This document shows, one piece after another, positions 31,523-42,966 of a stretch of DNA of 64,000 bases. A program made the translations under genes and the position numbers. Every line of letters starts with the position of its first letter. Within the stretch, counting starts at the first letter, position 1. Source of the stretch: Gammaproteobacteria bacterium (lineage in GTDB: Bacteria; Pseudomonadota; Gammaproteobacteria; Eutrophobiales; Eutrophobiaceae); assembly GCA_965116495.1 (NCBI GenBank), contig OZ220696.1, forward strand, positions 3,808,001 to 3,872,000, written 5' to 3'. Below the pieces are notes generated by a model, which worked only from the letters and a program-made list of their open reading frames with translations, had not been told where the DNA came from and did not search any database.

Positions 31523-32196
31523 TGAATCGTCAGGTCATTCTCGATACCGAGACGACAGGCCTGGAACCGGCCAGCGGGCATCGCATTATTGAAATCGGTT
31601 GTATTGAATTGAAGGGCCGCCGCAGCACGGACCATATTTTACACCATTTTATCAATCCCGAGCGGGAGATAGAACAGGCAGCCATCGAAATACACGGCAT
31701 TACGGAGGAACAGCTTGAAGGAGAACCGGTGTTCGCGGATATCGCTGACCGGTTTATTGAATTTGTCCGGGACAGCGAGGTTATTATCCATAATGCGCCG
31801 TTCGATGTGGCTTTCATCAATGCCGAACTGGCCCGCCTGGGAGACCAATGGGGGAAGCTGGAGGATTACTGCAGCATTACCGATACGCTGGTGATGGCAA
31901 GGGAATTACACCCCGGGCAGAAAAACAGCCTGGATGCGTTGTCTACGCGTTACCAGGTGAATATCGAACGTAATCTGCATGGCGCATTGCTGGACGCGCG
32001 CATCCTGCTGGATGTTTACCTGGCAATGACCGGAGGGCAATCGAGTTTATTGCTGGGCGAGGAAGAGGAACAGGGCTTACGTTCCGGTCGGCAGCGCCCG
32101 CGCCCGGTCAAGCCGAGAACCGGCTTGAAAATAGTGGAACCCACCCCGGAAGAACTGGAAGCACACAACAGGATGATGGAGCGGATTAACAGGTGA
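31522..32196 (+). CDS. dnaQ: DNA polymerase III epsilon subunit
   Basis: LDTETTG, HNAPFD, HGALLDA. Confidence 0.97.
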   Translation: MNRQVILDTETTGLEPASGHRIIEIGCIELKGRRSTDHILHHFINPEREIEQAAIEIHGITEEQLEGEPVFADIADRFIEFVRDSEVIIHNAPFDVAFINAELARLGDQWGKLEDYCSITDTLVMARELHPGQKNSLDALSTRYQVNIERNLHGALLDARILLDVYLAMTGGQSSLLLGEEEEQGLRSGRQRPRPVKPRTGLKIVEPTPEELEAHNRMMERINR

Positions 32197-32228
32197 TAAC
32201 CTGTTCCAATCCAGCCCCGCCCTGCTCT

Positions 32229-32286
32229 GGGGACGGACCTAAGTCCGTCCCCGTACCAATTCAGGAGACAGATTTAACTTGTCCCC
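32229..32286. repeat. Two GGGGAC...GTCCCC REP-like hairpins
   Basis: GGGGACGGAC-CTAA-GTCCGTCCCC and GGAGACAGATTTAACTTGTCCCC. Confidence 0.7.
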
Positions 32287-32288
32287 CG

Positions 32289-32624
32289 TTAGTGGGGGTC
32301 TTCCGAAGCAGTGGCAGCCTGGTCAAGGACGTTTTTCAACTCTCCGTTCTGGTACATCTCCAGGACGATATCACAGCCGCCGATCAATTCGCCGTTGACG
32401 AATACCTGGGGGAATGTGGGCCAGTTGGAAACCTGCGGCAGGTTGCTGCGAACTTCAGGTGATGCCAGGACATCGACGTAGACGAAGTCGACGTCACAGG
32501 CCTTCAGTGCCTGTGCGGTACGCATGGAGAAACCGCACTGGGGAAAATCGGGACTCCCTTTCATGAACAGGATGATCGGGTTTTCTGAAATGGTATGTTT
32601 TAACTGCTCAACTATATCGCTCAT
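32289..32624 (-). CDS. grxD: Monothiol glutaredoxin Grx4
   Basis: PQCGFS, WPTFPQ, GGCD. Confidence 0.97.
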   Translation of the reverse strand: MSDIVEQLKHTISENPIILFMKGSPDFPQCGFSMRTAQALKACDVDFVYVDVLASPEVRSNLPQVSNWPTFPQVFVNGELIGGCDIVLEMYQNGELKNVLDQAATASEDPH

Positions 32625-32766
32625 TGTGATGTCTCGTTGTAAATCAGAATTCTGACGGTTTGTGTTGCGGCTATTATACATCATAGCTAACCGGCTGGGG
32701 ACACATTTGAACACATTTGAACTCTATCCCCGGTTCTACTGTGAAATTCATCATAAAATTGGCATA

Positions 32767-32821
32767 AATTTGGGACACCCATAAATTTACAAAACTTCTT
32801 AATTTATGGGTGTCCCAAATT
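32767..32821. repeat. REP-like doublet, perfect 21-bp inverted repeat
   Basis: AATTTGGGACACCCATAAATT / AATTTATGGGTGTCCCAAATT. Confidence 0.85.
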
Positions 32822-32920
32822 ACGTTGTGAAATTCTATTGTATACTTGTCCGGTCTGATAGCAGTAGTATAATCAGGGAAACAACATAATCCTTTGTTGA
32901 AACCATATGCTGGAGGGGCA

Positions 32921-33529
32921 ATGATGAATCCGCTAAAAACTGTAAAGGGCACGTTGATCTTGGGTTTTGTTACCGCGCTGGTGCTGGCCGGAGTAATTAA
33001 CCTGTGTGTGAGTGATAGTGCGGCAGGCAATTTAAACAACTGGTCTCTGATGGTCTGGCTGCATGTCTTCTTCGGGCTGATCTGGATAGGACTGTTGTAT
33101 TATTTCAATTTTGTCCAAACACCGGCGGTGGCAGCGGCGACTGCGGACAGCGATGGTCCCGGGCCGGCCGCGATCAGTAAATATGTCGCTCCCCTGGCAT
33201 TGCTGTGGTTCCGCTGGGCCGCGTTGCTGACCTGGTTGACCGGGGCTGCCGCGCTGGAAATAATGGGGATCGGAATTGGCGATGCTTTCACGCTGAGCAG
33301 CGGCGCAGTCATTATCGGAACAGGTGCGTGGCTGGGCACCATCATGCTGTTCAACGTCTGGGTATTAATCTGGCCGAACCAGAAGAAGATCCTGGGGATA
33401 GTTGCGGCTTCGGATGAGGAAAAGGCAAAAGCCAAGGTGGTTGCAGCCATGGCATCACGTACGAATACCTTCCTGTCCATACCTATGCTGATGTGCATGG
33501 TCGGGCAGGGCCATGGGTTACCTTTTTAA
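32921..33529 (+). CDS. PuuD/urate-oxidase-N-like membrane protein
   Basis: WLHV..G..WIGLLYYFNFVQ, WFRWAA, NVWVLIWPNQKK, SRTNT. Confidence 0.8.
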   Translation: MMNPLKTVKGTLILGFVTALVLAGVINLCVSDSAAGNLNNWSLMVWLHVFFGLIWIGLLYYFNFVQTPAVAAATADSDGPGPAAISKYVAPLALLWFRWAALLTWLTGAAALEIMGIGIGDAFTLSSGAVIIGTGAWLGTIMLFNVWVLIWPNQKKILGIVAASDEEKAKAKVVAAMASRTNTFLSIPMLMCMVGQGHGLPF

Positions 33530-33588
33530 CTACGGAATACAACAAACGGAAAACATGGATTGCCGGCGTGAACGAACAGTTCTCCGGC

Positions 33589-33629
33589 AAAGGGGACGTG
33601 GCGATTAACCATATCACCCCGTCCCCTTT
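33589..33629 (+). terminator. GGGGAC-type hairpin followed by a U-tract
   Basis: AAAGGGGACGTGGCGAT...ATCACCCCGTCCCCTTTTTT. Confidence 0.6.
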
Positions 33630-33715
33630 TTTACTGGAAATTTCAAGGACAGCAAGTAAACCGGGCCAATACCCGGGTTGATATTATTCCAATAAATGAA
33701 GAATTCTGGGCTGCA

Positions 33716-34888
33716 ATGCCGGAAGCAATAATGGCAACCTATAAGCGTCTGGACGTGGCATTTGAGTCCGGTCAGGGCGCCTGGCTGATTGACCTGCAGG
33801 GAAACCGCTACCTGGATGCGCTGAGCGGCATTGCCGTTTGCGGCCTGGGTCATGCCCATCCGGGGATCGCCGAAGTGATTGCCCGGCAGGCGCGGCGACT
33901 GGTTCATACTTCTAATCTCTACCGTATACCCCTGCAGGAAGAACTGGCCGGACGCCTGGTCGGGATTGCAGGGATGGAGCGGGTATTTTTCTGCAACTCA
34001 GGGGCCGAAGCCAATGAAGCCGCGATAAAGATTTGCCGTAAATTCGCCTCCCACAAACAGGTTGAAGAACCGCTTATTATCGCAATGGAAGGCAGTTTTC
34101 ACGGCCGCACCATGGCGACGTTGAGTGCAACCGGAAAGCCTGAAGTGCGCGCAGGATTTGCTCCCTTGCTGCCCGGTTTCCGGTATATCCCCTATAACGA
34201 TGCCGGTGCCTTGCAGCAACCGGATGAGATACGCGGGCGGGTTGTCGCCGTCCTGCTGGAGGCCGTCCAGGGGGAAGGGGGAGTGGTCATCCCTGATCCC
34301 GGTTATCTGAAGGCCCTGCGCGAGACCTGCGATCGGAATGGCTGGCTGTTGATCCTCGACGAAGTCCAGACAGGATTATGCCGCACCGGCGCCTGGTTTG
34401 CCTACCAGCATGAAAATATCCTGCCCGATATCGTTACCCTGGCGAAATCCCTGGGCAACGGCCTGCCGATCGGCGCCTGCCTGGCTACCGGGATTGCGGC
34501 GGATATGTTGCACCCGGGGAGTCACGGTTCGACTTTCGGTGGTAATCCGCTGGCATCGGCTGCAGCGCTTGCCGTCATTGAGAATATGAACGATCAGAAC
34601 CTGGCCGAGCGGGCAACCGAATACGGTAGAATCATGCTGGAAAGGTTTCGCGTCGAGTTGGGAGACCTCGATGAAGTGGTTGCAATCCGCGGCAAGGGGT
34701 TGATGATCGGGATAGAACTTTCCCGGGATTGCGCCGGCCTGGTCGACCGGGCGCTGGAACGGCGCTTATTGATTAACGTTACCGCGGGGAAGGTCGTGCG
34801 CCTGCTGCCGCCGCTGATCATCACGGAACAGGAAATGCATCAGATTTGTGACACGGTTTGCAGCCTGGTCAGGGAGTTTGCGGGATAA
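33716..34888 (+). CDS. argD: Acetylornithine aminotransferase
   Basis: [34 protein letters not shown]; adjacent to argF. Confidence 0.94.
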   Translation: MPEAIMATYKRLDVAFESGQGAWLIDLQGNRYLDALSGIAVCGLGHAHPGIAEVIARQARRLVHTSNLYRIPLQEELAGRLVGIAGMERVFFCNSGAEANEAAIKICRKFASHKQVEEPLIIAMEGSFHGRTMATLSATGKPEVRAGFAPLLPGFRYIPYNDAGALQQPDEIRGRVVAVLLEAVQGEGGVVIPDPGYLKALRETCDRNGWLLILDEVQTGLCRTGAWFAYQHENILPDIVTLAKSLGNGLPIGACLATGIAADMLHPGSHGSTFGGNPLASAAALAVIENMNDQNLAERATEYGRIMLERFRVELGDLDEVVAIRGKGLMIGIELSRDCAGLVDRALERRLLINVTAGKVVRLLPPLIITEQEMHQICDTVCSLVREFAG

Positions 34889-34892
34889 AGCA

Positions 34893-35789
34893 ATGCGCCA
34901 CTTTTTAACCCTGACAGATCTCAATCGTGCTGAAATTGAAGCCCTGGTATACCGGGCTGTCGAATTGAAGGGAGAATTCAGACGCAGGGAGTTGCGGCAA
35001 ACCTGCGCAGGCCGGGTACTGGCCATGATATTTGAAAAATCTTCCACGCGTACCCGGGTTTCATTTGAAACCGCAATGACGCACCTCGGGGGACATGCCG
35101 TCTTCCTGTCGCCCCGGGACAGCCAACTGGGCCGCGGCGAGCCTATTGAGGATACTGCCAGAGTATTGTCGAAGATGGTTGATGCCGTTATGATACGGAC
35201 TTTTGAGCATACCCGGATCACCCGCTTTGCCGAACATTCTTCAGTCCCTGTGATCAATGGCCTCTCGGACAGTTATCATCCCTGCCAGCTACTGGCGGAT
35301 TTACAGACTTATTATGAGTTGAGGGGTGCAATCAAGGGCAAGAAAGTGGCCTGGTTCGGTGACGGGAACAATGTGTGCAATTCCTGGATTAATGCCGCGG
35401 GAATAATGGATTTCCATTTGCATATCGCCTGTCCCGCCGAATATGAACCGGCCCCGGAAATCGTCAGCAGGGGCGGAGATAATATTATCCTTACCCGGAA
35501 CCCGCAGCAGGCTGCCGCGCAGGCCGACCTGGTTGTTACCGATACCTGGATGAGCATGGGACAGGAATCGGAGAGGGAAAAACAGCAGGCTTTATTTCAA
35601 CCGTATCAAGTGAATGAAGAGGTTATGTCCGGCGCCGCACCGGACGCGATATTCATGCATTGCCTGCCGGCATATCGAGGCGCCGAGGTAAGCGCCGGAG
35701 TAATCGACGGCGCCCGCAGTGTAGTCTGGGAAGAAGCGGGTAATCGCCTGCATGCCCAGAAAGCGCTGCTGGAATTTCTACTGAATTGA
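34893..35789 (+). CDS. argF: Ornithine carbamoyltransferase
   Basis: SSTRTR, HPCQ, SMG, HCLP. Confidence 0.97.
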   Translation: MRHFLTLTDLNRAEIEALVYRAVELKGEFRRRELRQTCAGRVLAMIFEKSSTRTRVSFETAMTHLGGHAVFLSPRDSQLGRGEPIEDTARVLSKMVDAVMIRTFEHTRITRFAEHSSVPVINGLSDSYHPCQLLADLQTYYELRGAIKGKKVAWFGDGNNVCNSWINAAGIMDFHLHIACPAEYEPAPEIVSRGGDNIILTRNPQQAAAQADLVVTDTWMSMGQESEREKQQALFQPYQVNEEVMSGAAPDAIFMHCLPAYRGAEVSAGVIDGARSVVWEEAGNRLHAQKALLEFLLN

Positions 35790-36550
35790 TGCATTTCCTG
35801 CTGAGTAATGATGACGGCTACCAGGCCACCGGCCTGGAAATTCTGGTGCAGACAATGAGAGCTTTTGGTGAGATTACCGTGGTGGCGCCCGATCGAAATC
35901 GAAGCGGCGCGAGTAATTCATTGACCCTTGATGCCCCGCTCTATACGAAACAGCTTTCGGACAGGTTCTTCCATGTTAACGGCACCCCCACGGACTGTGT
36001 CCACCTGGCTATTACCGGTTTGCTGGATGACATACCGGACATGGTCATCAGTGGTGTAAATCACGGAGCCAACCTGGGCGACGACGTAATATATTCGGGA
36101 ACCGTAGCGGCGGCCATGGAGGGGCGGTTCCTGGGACGGCCCGCCATTGCCTTGTCCCTGGCCGGTGAAAATCCGACCCATTACGGCACTGCAGGAATGG
36201 TTGTCAGGAACCTGATCAGCAAGTTGTTGGCCGACCCTATCGATAACGACATATTGCTGAATATCAACATTCCGGATGTCCCGTTTGAGGAACTTCGTGG
36301 TTTTGAAGTGACGCGGCTGGGCCAGCGGCACAAGTCCGAACCTGCCATCAGAACAAAGGACCCGAAAAACCGTACCGTATACTGGGTAGGGCCCGTCGGC
36401 GCCGGGGAAGACGCCGGACCCGGCACCGATTTCCATGCAGTTGCCGCCAACAAGATATCCGTTACGCCGTTACAGGCGGATTTGACGCGCTATGCCGTCC
36501 TGACCCGTGTCGGTGACTGGATGGCTGATCTTGAGTTGAATGAAATGTAG
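35789..36550 (+). CDS. surE: 5'/3'-nucleotidase SurE
   Basis: SNDDG, GTPTDCV, YSGTVAAA. Confidence 0.97.
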   Translation: MHFLLSNDDGYQATGLEILVQTMRAFGEITVVAPDRNRSGASNSLTLDAPLYTKQLSDRFFHVNGTPTDCVHLAITGLLDDIPDMVISGVNHGANLGDDVIYSGTVAAAMEGRFLGRPAIALSLAGENPTHYGTAGMVVRNLISKLLADPIDNDILLNINIPDVPFEELRGFEVTRLGQRHKSEPAIRTKDPKNRTVYWVGPVGAGEDAGPGTDFHAVAANKISVTPLQADLTRYAVLTRVGDWMADLELNEM

Positions 36551-36553
36551 ACT

Positions 36554-36704
36554 AATGAAGCTCTGACAAGTCCGTCCAGGACTTGTCAGAGCACGGAAAA
36601 CAAAAATGTGATTTTTTTACATACAAAATCAATGACATATAGTCATTGATTTTGACGGTACGTCCCTGTACCGTAGGAACCTCTGACTTAATCAGAGGTT
36701 CCTT
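36554..36704. mobile_element. Four-hairpin MITE-like element
   Basis: Palindromes at 36560-36592, 36624-36654, 36655-36674 and 36675-36703; degenerate GAA(G/C)CTCTGA ends. Confidence 0.7.
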
Positions 36705-36741
36705 GGCCGTTATAACTGTGGGCTTAATGACAAGTGATCTT

Positions 36742-36758
36742 GTGAGAAATGCGGGCTA
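36742..36758. repeat. Solo MITE terminal repeat
   Basis: GTGAGAAATGCGGGCTA versus GTGAGAAATGCGGGTTA at 40693-40709. Confidence 0.65.
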
Positions 36759-37411
36759 AACATTTTCAGGGTATCGGAATGACATCCCAGCGTTCCCGGG
36801 ACAGGCTGGTGAGTCAACTCCGGGATATGGGGATACAGTCCGAACGTGTTCTGGCGTCTATCCGGAGCACCCCCAGGCATATTTTTATTGACGAGGCCCT
36901 GGCAAGCCGCGCCTACGATAATACTGCCTTGCCTATCGGGCATAACCAGACCATTTCGCAACCCTATATAGTTGCGCGTATGACTGAGGCGTTGCTGGAA
37001 ATCGAGGATCCGGACAAGGTACTGGAAGTGGGTACCGGATGCGGCTACCAGACTGCAATCCTTGCGCAGTTCGCCCGCCAGGTTTACAGCGTTGAACGCA
37101 TCAAGGTATTACAGGAAAGCGCCAGGGAGCGGCTTTATGCGTTGAACTACCGTAATATCAAGGCCAGGTACGCTGATGGCGGCGACGGATGGCCGGAGAA
37201 CGCGCCATACCAGGGGATCCTGGTGTCCGCCGCGCCGGCTAAAATTCCGCAGACGCTCCTGCAACAATTGGCTCCCGGAGGCCGTATGATCATTCCCATC
37301 GGGCATAGCGGGGAACAGAATTTACTGTCCATAACCCGTACCGAGGATGGTTTTGCCGAAAAATTCCTGGATTGTGTCAGTTTTGTACCTATGCTCAACG
37401 GAATGGGTTGA
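36749..37411 (+). CDS. pcm: Protein-L-isoaspartate O-methyltransferase
   Basis: [24 protein letters not shown]; surE-pcm-nlpD-rpoS synteny. Confidence 0.96.
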   Translation: MRAKHFQGIGMTSQRSRDRLVSQLRDMGIQSERVLASIRSTPRHIFIDEALASRAYDNTALPIGHNQTISQPYIVARMTEALLEIEDPDKVLEVGTGCGYQTAILAQFARQVYSVERIKVLQESARERLYALNYRNIKARYADGGDGWPENAPYQGILVSAAPAKIPQTLLQQLAPGGRMIIPIGHSGEQNLLSITRTEDGFAEKFLDCVSFVPMLNGMG

Positions 37412-37414
37412 ATT

Positions 37415-38203
37415 GTGAGCAAGGTTCCCGGCATATGCTTGTTGTTATGCCTGCTGGCCGGCATCTACGCCTGTGGTACGACAACCAATGCCCCAGTCAC
37501 AGCGCGCCAGGAAAGTAAACGGACCACACCTCCGGTGTCATCCACCACCGCACGCTCCAGCAAACAACACAAATCTCATACGGTCGCTAAAGGCGAGACC
37601 CTGTATTCAATTGCCTGGCGCTATGGACAGGATTACAGAAGTCTTGCTTCCTGGAACCTGATAAAATCTCCATTTGTTATTTACCCGGGGCAGGTCATCC
37701 AATTGAGACCGGTAAAACGGCGCCGTGCGATACAACCGCCTCCCGTCGTTGAAAAGCGAACCCCGGCGCGTAAAAAACCGGTTGCGAAAACACAAACTGC
37801 AAACCGGCCCAAGGCCGCCGCAACCGGATCTGCCACGGCTATCTCCTGGCAATGGCCTGCACGCGGCAAGTTGTTGAAGTCAACGTCTTTAACCACAGAA
37901 AAAGGTATCAATATCGGCGGCAGGACCGGCCAGAAAATCGTCGCCGCGGCACCCGGCAAGGTGGTATACAGCGGCAGTGGATTACGCGGCTATGGTAAGC
38001 TTATTATCATCAAGCACAGTGATGTGTACCTGAGCGCATATGCATATAACCGAGAATTGAGAGTGAAGGAAGGTGAAACGGTAAAGGCCGGCCAGCAGAT
38101 ATCGACTATGGGACTGGACAGCAAAGGCGCCCCTGTGCTGCATTTTGAAATCCGCAAAAATGGCGAACCGATCGATCCGCTCGGGCAACTTCCGCGCGGC
38201 TGA
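37415..38203 (+). CDS. nlpD: LysM/M23 lipoprotein NlpD
   Basis: Lipobox IYAC, GETLYSIAW, GYGKLIIIKH, LHFEIR. Confidence 0.93.
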   Translation: MSKVPGICLLLCLLAGIYACGTTTNAPVTARQESKRTTPPVSSTTARSSKQHKSHTVAKGETLYSIAWRYGQDYRSLASWNLIKSPFVIYPGQVIQLRPVKRRRAIQPPPVVEKRTPARKKPVAKTQTANRPKAAATGSATAISWQWPARGKLLKSTSLTTEKGINIGGRTGQKIVAAAPGKVVYSGSGLRGYGKLIIIKHSDVYLSAYAYNRELRVKEGETVKAGQQISTMGLDSKGAPVLHFEIRKNGEPIDPLGQLPRG

Positions 38204-38252
38204 GTGTCTGACAATATAACCACCGAGCAGGGTTTAACGGTAAATAATATTC

Positions 38253-39200
38253 ATGGCTGAAGATGATGAAATTCGGACTCCGAACCTCGATCACTCCGGT
38301 TCGGCCAAGGCCGGGTCTCGTGGCGCCAGGAAGCCGGTAAAAGCACACCGCCATGACGCCCTCATTGACACGGACCTTGACGCAACCCGATTATATTTAA
38401 GCGAGATAGGTTTTACTCCGCTATTGACCGCGCAGCAGGAGGTAACCTTTGCCCGCCGGGCGCGTTGCGGTGATGCTGATGCCCGTAAACGTATGATTGA
38501 AAGCAATTTACGCCTGGTGGTAAAAATCGCGCGGCGTTATATGAACCAGGGTCTGGCGTTGCTGGACCTGATTGAGGAGGGTAACCTCGGCTTGATCCGG
38601 GCCGTGGAAAAGTTTGACCCGGATAAAGGGTTCCGTTTTTCGACGTATGCCACCTGGTGGATAAGGCAAACCATAGAACGGGCATTGATGAACCAGGCCA
38701 GGACTGTCAGGTTGCCAATCCACATTATCAAGGAGATCAATGTTTACATGCGCGCAGCCAGAAAACTGGCGCAGACCCTGGACCGCGAACCCAGCTCCGA
38801 GGACGTGGCGGAGATGCTGGACCGGCCGATAGAAAGTGTCAAACGCATGTTCGGATTAAACGAACGGGTTACCTCGGTCGATGCCCCGGCAAGCAGGGAA
38901 GCAGAGCGCCCATTGCTGGATACCATAGCGGATGAACAGAACATCGATCCTTCGGTATTACTGCAGAATGATGATGTCAGGGAACATATCGACCTGTGGC
39001 TGAAGCAACTGACGGAAAAGCAGCGCGCAGTGGTGGAACTGCGCTTTGGCCTGCATGACAGGGAAGCCGCTACCCTGGAAGACGTCGGCGCGGAACTAGG
39101 CGTGACGAGGGAGCGGGTCAGGCAGATTCAGATTGAGGCGCTGAAGCGTCTGCGGCGTATCCTGAAGAGGGAAGGATTTTCCCTGGATGCGTTGCAGTGA
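38253..39200 (+). CDS. rpoS: RNA polymerase sigma factor RpoS
   Basis: [37 protein letters not shown]. Confidence 0.97.
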   Translation: MAEDDEIRTPNLDHSGSAKAGSRGARKPVKAHRHDALIDTDLDATRLYLSEIGFTPLLTAQQEVTFARRARCGDADARKRMIESNLRLVVKIARRYMNQGLALLDLIEEGNLGLIRAVEKFDPDKGFRFSTYATWWIRQTIERALMNQARTVRLPIHIIKEINVYMRAARKLAQTLDREPSSEDVAEMLDRPIESVKRMFGLNERVTSVDAPASREAERPLLDTIADEQNIDPSVLLQNDDVREHIDLWLKQLTEKQRAVVELRFGLHDREAATLEDVGAELGVTRERVRQIQIEALKRLRRILKREGFSLDALQ

Positions 39201-39309
39201 ATTGAAAATTACGAATTACGAATTACGAATTGGAGTTATTGCATTACGCAGCCGCCGCTGGCGGCACATTAATTCCTAATTCCTAATTCCTAATTCGTAA
39301 TTTCTAATT
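39199..39309. repeat. Inverted heptamer arrays
   Basis: (GAATTAC)n at 39199-39233 and (CTAATTC)n at 39270-39309; the right arm encodes the C-terminus and stop of the next gene. Confidence 0.9.
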
Positions 39310-39685
39310 GATCTTTAATCTGGAACAGCGCGGCTACGATTTGGCGGCTTTCTCCGGATAAAAAATTGAAGGCGCGGCAGGCAGCGCCAGTATCCATGAT
39401 TTCGAACCCGATTTGCCGGAGGTAGAGAATTTCGCAGATTTCATCCGGCGGGAAAGTGAGCGTTTTGCCGCTGCCGAATAACACGACTTCCGGCTTGTGC
39501 TCAAGTATTGTCATGAGGTGGGACTCTTCCAGGGTGTGTATGTTATCCGGCAGTTGCCTTTCAATGACCGCAGCGGGTGTGATTATGACATTTGTCGTGT
39601 ATGGTATGCCGGCAACGGTTATCGACCCGGCCGCATAGGCATCAATCCTGTGCCGGTCTTGATTGATGTCCGCTTCAATTTTCAT
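39290..39685 (-). CDS. Mth938/DUF498-family protein
   Basis: PEVVLFGSG, EIMDTGAACRAFNFL. Confidence 0.9.
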   Translation of the reverse strand: MKIEADINQDRHRIDAYAAGSITVAGIPYTTNVIITPAAVIERQLPDNIHTLEESHLMTILEHKPEVVLFGSGKTLTFPPDEICEILYLRQIGFEIMDTGAACRAFNFLSGESRQIVAALFQIKDQLEITN

Positions 39686-39715
39686 AACCGTAACCGGAAA
39701 CTGCTTTATCAATTT

Positions 39716-40462
<747 letters not shown>

Positions 40463-40469
40463 TGCCAGC

Positions 40470-40709
40470 TAACCCGCATTTCTCACCAGGTGATGCATTC
40501 ATTGCGTCCATCCCTGGACGCAACCCTACGGGCATCTGTCGCCGTGCAAATCGGCTATCCTACCGATTTGTCTCGCGTGTCTTTGTCCCGCCGGCGGGCA
40601 CGTGTTCATTGCGCCCATCCCTGGACGCAACCCTACGGGCGGCTATCGCCGTGCAAATCGGCTATCCTGCCGATTTGTCTTCGCATTACCTGGTGAGAAA
40701 TGCGGGTTA
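40470..40709. mobile_element. MITE with 27-bp TIRs and an internal 76-bp direct repeat
   Basis: TAACCCGCATTTCTCACCAGGTGATGC / GCATTACCTGGTGAGAAATGCGGGTTA; repeats at 40498-40573 and 40605-40680. Confidence 0.88.
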
Positions 40710-42961
40710 CGCGTAAAACAAGAAAATCTGCAGGTAAACCAAAACGCCGTTCCGGTCTTAAATTCTGGCACGTACACTTTGCGATCATCCTGATTTGCAC
40801 ATTCAGTGCTTATGTCGTCTGGCTGGATTTTCGCATACAGTCGGAATTTGCCGGCACACGATGGTCTCTGCCCGCCCGGGTATATGCCGGTCCTGCAGAG
40901 ATATATATGGGCCAGGCCCTGACTGCCGATAAAACAGAAGAACTCTTGACCAGGGCAGGCTATAAAAAAGTAACCGGCGTCAGACAGTCGGGCACTTACA
41001 AGCGTGCCGCGTCATACGTGGAATTCATGCAGCGTGAGTTTCATTACTGGGACGGCATGCAGGACAGCCGGCTTATCCGGGTAAGTTTCCGCAACCGGGA
41101 AGTAAAGGAAATTCTGGACTTGACCGGGGGGAATGCCCTCCCGCTGCTACGTCTCGAACCGGAAGAGATCGGCAGGATCTATCCGGATAATTACGAAGAC
41201 CGGATACTGGTTGCCTATGACGATGCACCTGCCGCCCTGATCAATGCCCTGCTGGTGGCGGAAGACCGCAATTTTTTCAGCCATCCCGGAATTGACCTGA
41301 GGGGGATGATGCGGGCGCTTTATTACAATATCCTCAGGAGCCAGGTTGAACAGGGTGGCAGTACTATCACCCAGCAGTTGGTAAAGAACTTTTTTTTCAA
41401 CCGCGAGCGCACCCTTACCAGGAAGGTCAATGAGATTATTATGGCGTTGCTGCTGGAGCGGCGCTTTGGCAAGGAAGAGATTCTTACCGCCTATATCAAT
41501 GAAGTCTACCTGGGACAACAGGGGCGGCGCAGCGTACATGGTTTCGGCACCGCGGCGGAGTTTTATTTTGCCAGGCCCCTGAATGAACTGCGTCCTGATC
41601 AGGTAGCCCTGCTGGTCGGCATGGTTAAAGGCGCATCCTGGTACAACCCGAGACGGCATCCCGACCGGGCCGGACACCGCCGCAACCTGGTGCTGGACCT
41701 GATGTACCAGCAGGGTTACCTGGATGAACGGACCCACCGCCAGGCCCGGTCACTGCCTCTGGGCCTGAGCGCCAGACCGCGCTGGGTTTCCGGCAAATAC
41801 CCTGCATTTCTGCAACTTGTCAAGAGTCAACTGTTGCGTGATTACGATATCGAAGACTTGCGCAACAAGGGGTTGCGGATATTTACTACGCTGGATACCG
41901 GGCGCCAGGACAGCACTGAACTTGTTATCGAACAACATCTGCAGCAACTGGAGCGGGCAAACTCCATGAAAGCCGGGACACTGCAGGCAGCCGGTATTTT
42001 CGTGCAAAGCAGTACCGGCGCGGTATTGTCCCTGGCAGGGGACAGGAATGCGGACTACGTTGGTTTTAACCGGGCCATGCACGCAAGACGGCCGATCGGG
42101 TCATTGGTGAAACCGTTTGTGTATTATACTGCCCTGACGGACCCGCAACGGTATTCACTCATCTCCAGGGTGAGTGACAGCGATATAACCGTGAAGCAGG
42201 CTGACGGCTCATCCTGGCAGCCGGGTAACTACGATGGCAGGAACCACGGCCGGGTGAGCCTGCTGGAAGCCCTGGCCAAATCCTATAACAGGGCAACCGT
42301 AAGGCTGGGACTCGAGATTGGCCTGGAACGGGTCATTGCTGCAATCAAAAAAGCTGGAATCGGTAACGATATCAAACCGTTTCCGGCGCTGCTGCTCGGT
42401 TCGCTGGAGTTGACTCCGCTACAGGTCAGCCAAATGTATCAAACCCTGGCCAATGGGGGATTTTTTGTTCCCGTGAACAGTATCAGGGAGGTTTTGGACA
42501 ACGACGGCAGGGCAGTGAAGCGCTATGCCCTCGATGTGCGCCAGGCACTGGAGCCCGAGGCTGCTTTCCTGACCGGGTTCATGCTGGTGCAGGCAGTCAA
42601 TCACGGTACCGGCCGCGGCCTGCGGCGTATTCTCCCGGAACACTTGCCCCTTGCCGGCAAAACCGGTAGTACCAATGACCTGCGGGACAGTTGGTTTGCC
42701 GGATTTGGCAACGATCTGACAGGTGTCGTGTGGCTGGGGCGCGATGATAATCAACCGGCCCGTTTCACCGGCGCATCCGGCGCCATGCGCATCTGGGGTA
42801 ACATAGTCAAGCGGCAGGGCATCCGGCATATTGAATTGTTACCACCTCCCGGTATTGGCTCACTGGACGGGGTTAATATATCATTCGCCGGTAACTGCAT
42901 CGGATTCTCACATATCCCGTACGTATCAGGGGCCGAACCCGGACAGGTGGATACATGTTAA
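40700..42961 (+). CDS. mrcB: Penicillin-binding protein 1B
   Basis: WSLPARVY, UB2H-like region, EDRNFFSH, GGSTITQQ, GSLVKP, SYN, KTG. Confidence 0.95.
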   Translation: MRVTRKTRKSAGKPKRRSGLKFWHVHFAIILICTFSAYVVWLDFRIQSEFAGTRWSLPARVYAGPAEIYMGQALTADKTEELLTRAGYKKVTGVRQSGTYKRAASYVEFMQREFHYWDGMQDSRLIRVSFRNREVKEILDLTGGNALPLLRLEPEEIGRIYPDNYEDRILVAYDDAPAALINALLVAEDRNFFSHPGIDLRGMMRALYYNILRSQVEQGGSTITQQLVKNFFFNRERTLTRKVNEIIMALLLERRFGKEEILTAYINEVYLGQQGRRSVHGFGTAAEFYFARPLNELRPDQVALLVGMVKGASWYNPRRHPDRAGHRRNLVLDLMYQQGYLDERTHRQARSLPLGLSARPRWVSGKYPAFLQLVKSQLLRDYDIEDLRNKGLRIFTTLDTGRQDSTELVIEQHLQQLERANSMKAGTLQAAGIFVQSSTGAVLSLAGDRNADYVGFNRAMHARRPIGSLVKPFVYYTALTDPQRYSLISRVSDSDITVKQADGSSWQPGNYDGRNHGRVSLLEALAKSYNRATVRLGLEIGLERVIAAIKKAGIGNDIKPFPALLLGSLELTPLQVSQMYQTLANGGFFVPVNSIREVLDNDGRAVKRYALDVRQALEPEAAFLTGFMLVQAVNHGTGRGLRRILPEHLPLAGKTGSTNDLRDSWFAGFGNDLTGVVWLGRDDNQPARFTGASGAMRIWGNIVKRQGIRHIELLPPPGIGSLDGVNISFAGNCIGFSHIPYVSGAEPGQVDTC

Positions 42962-42966
42962 CAGCT

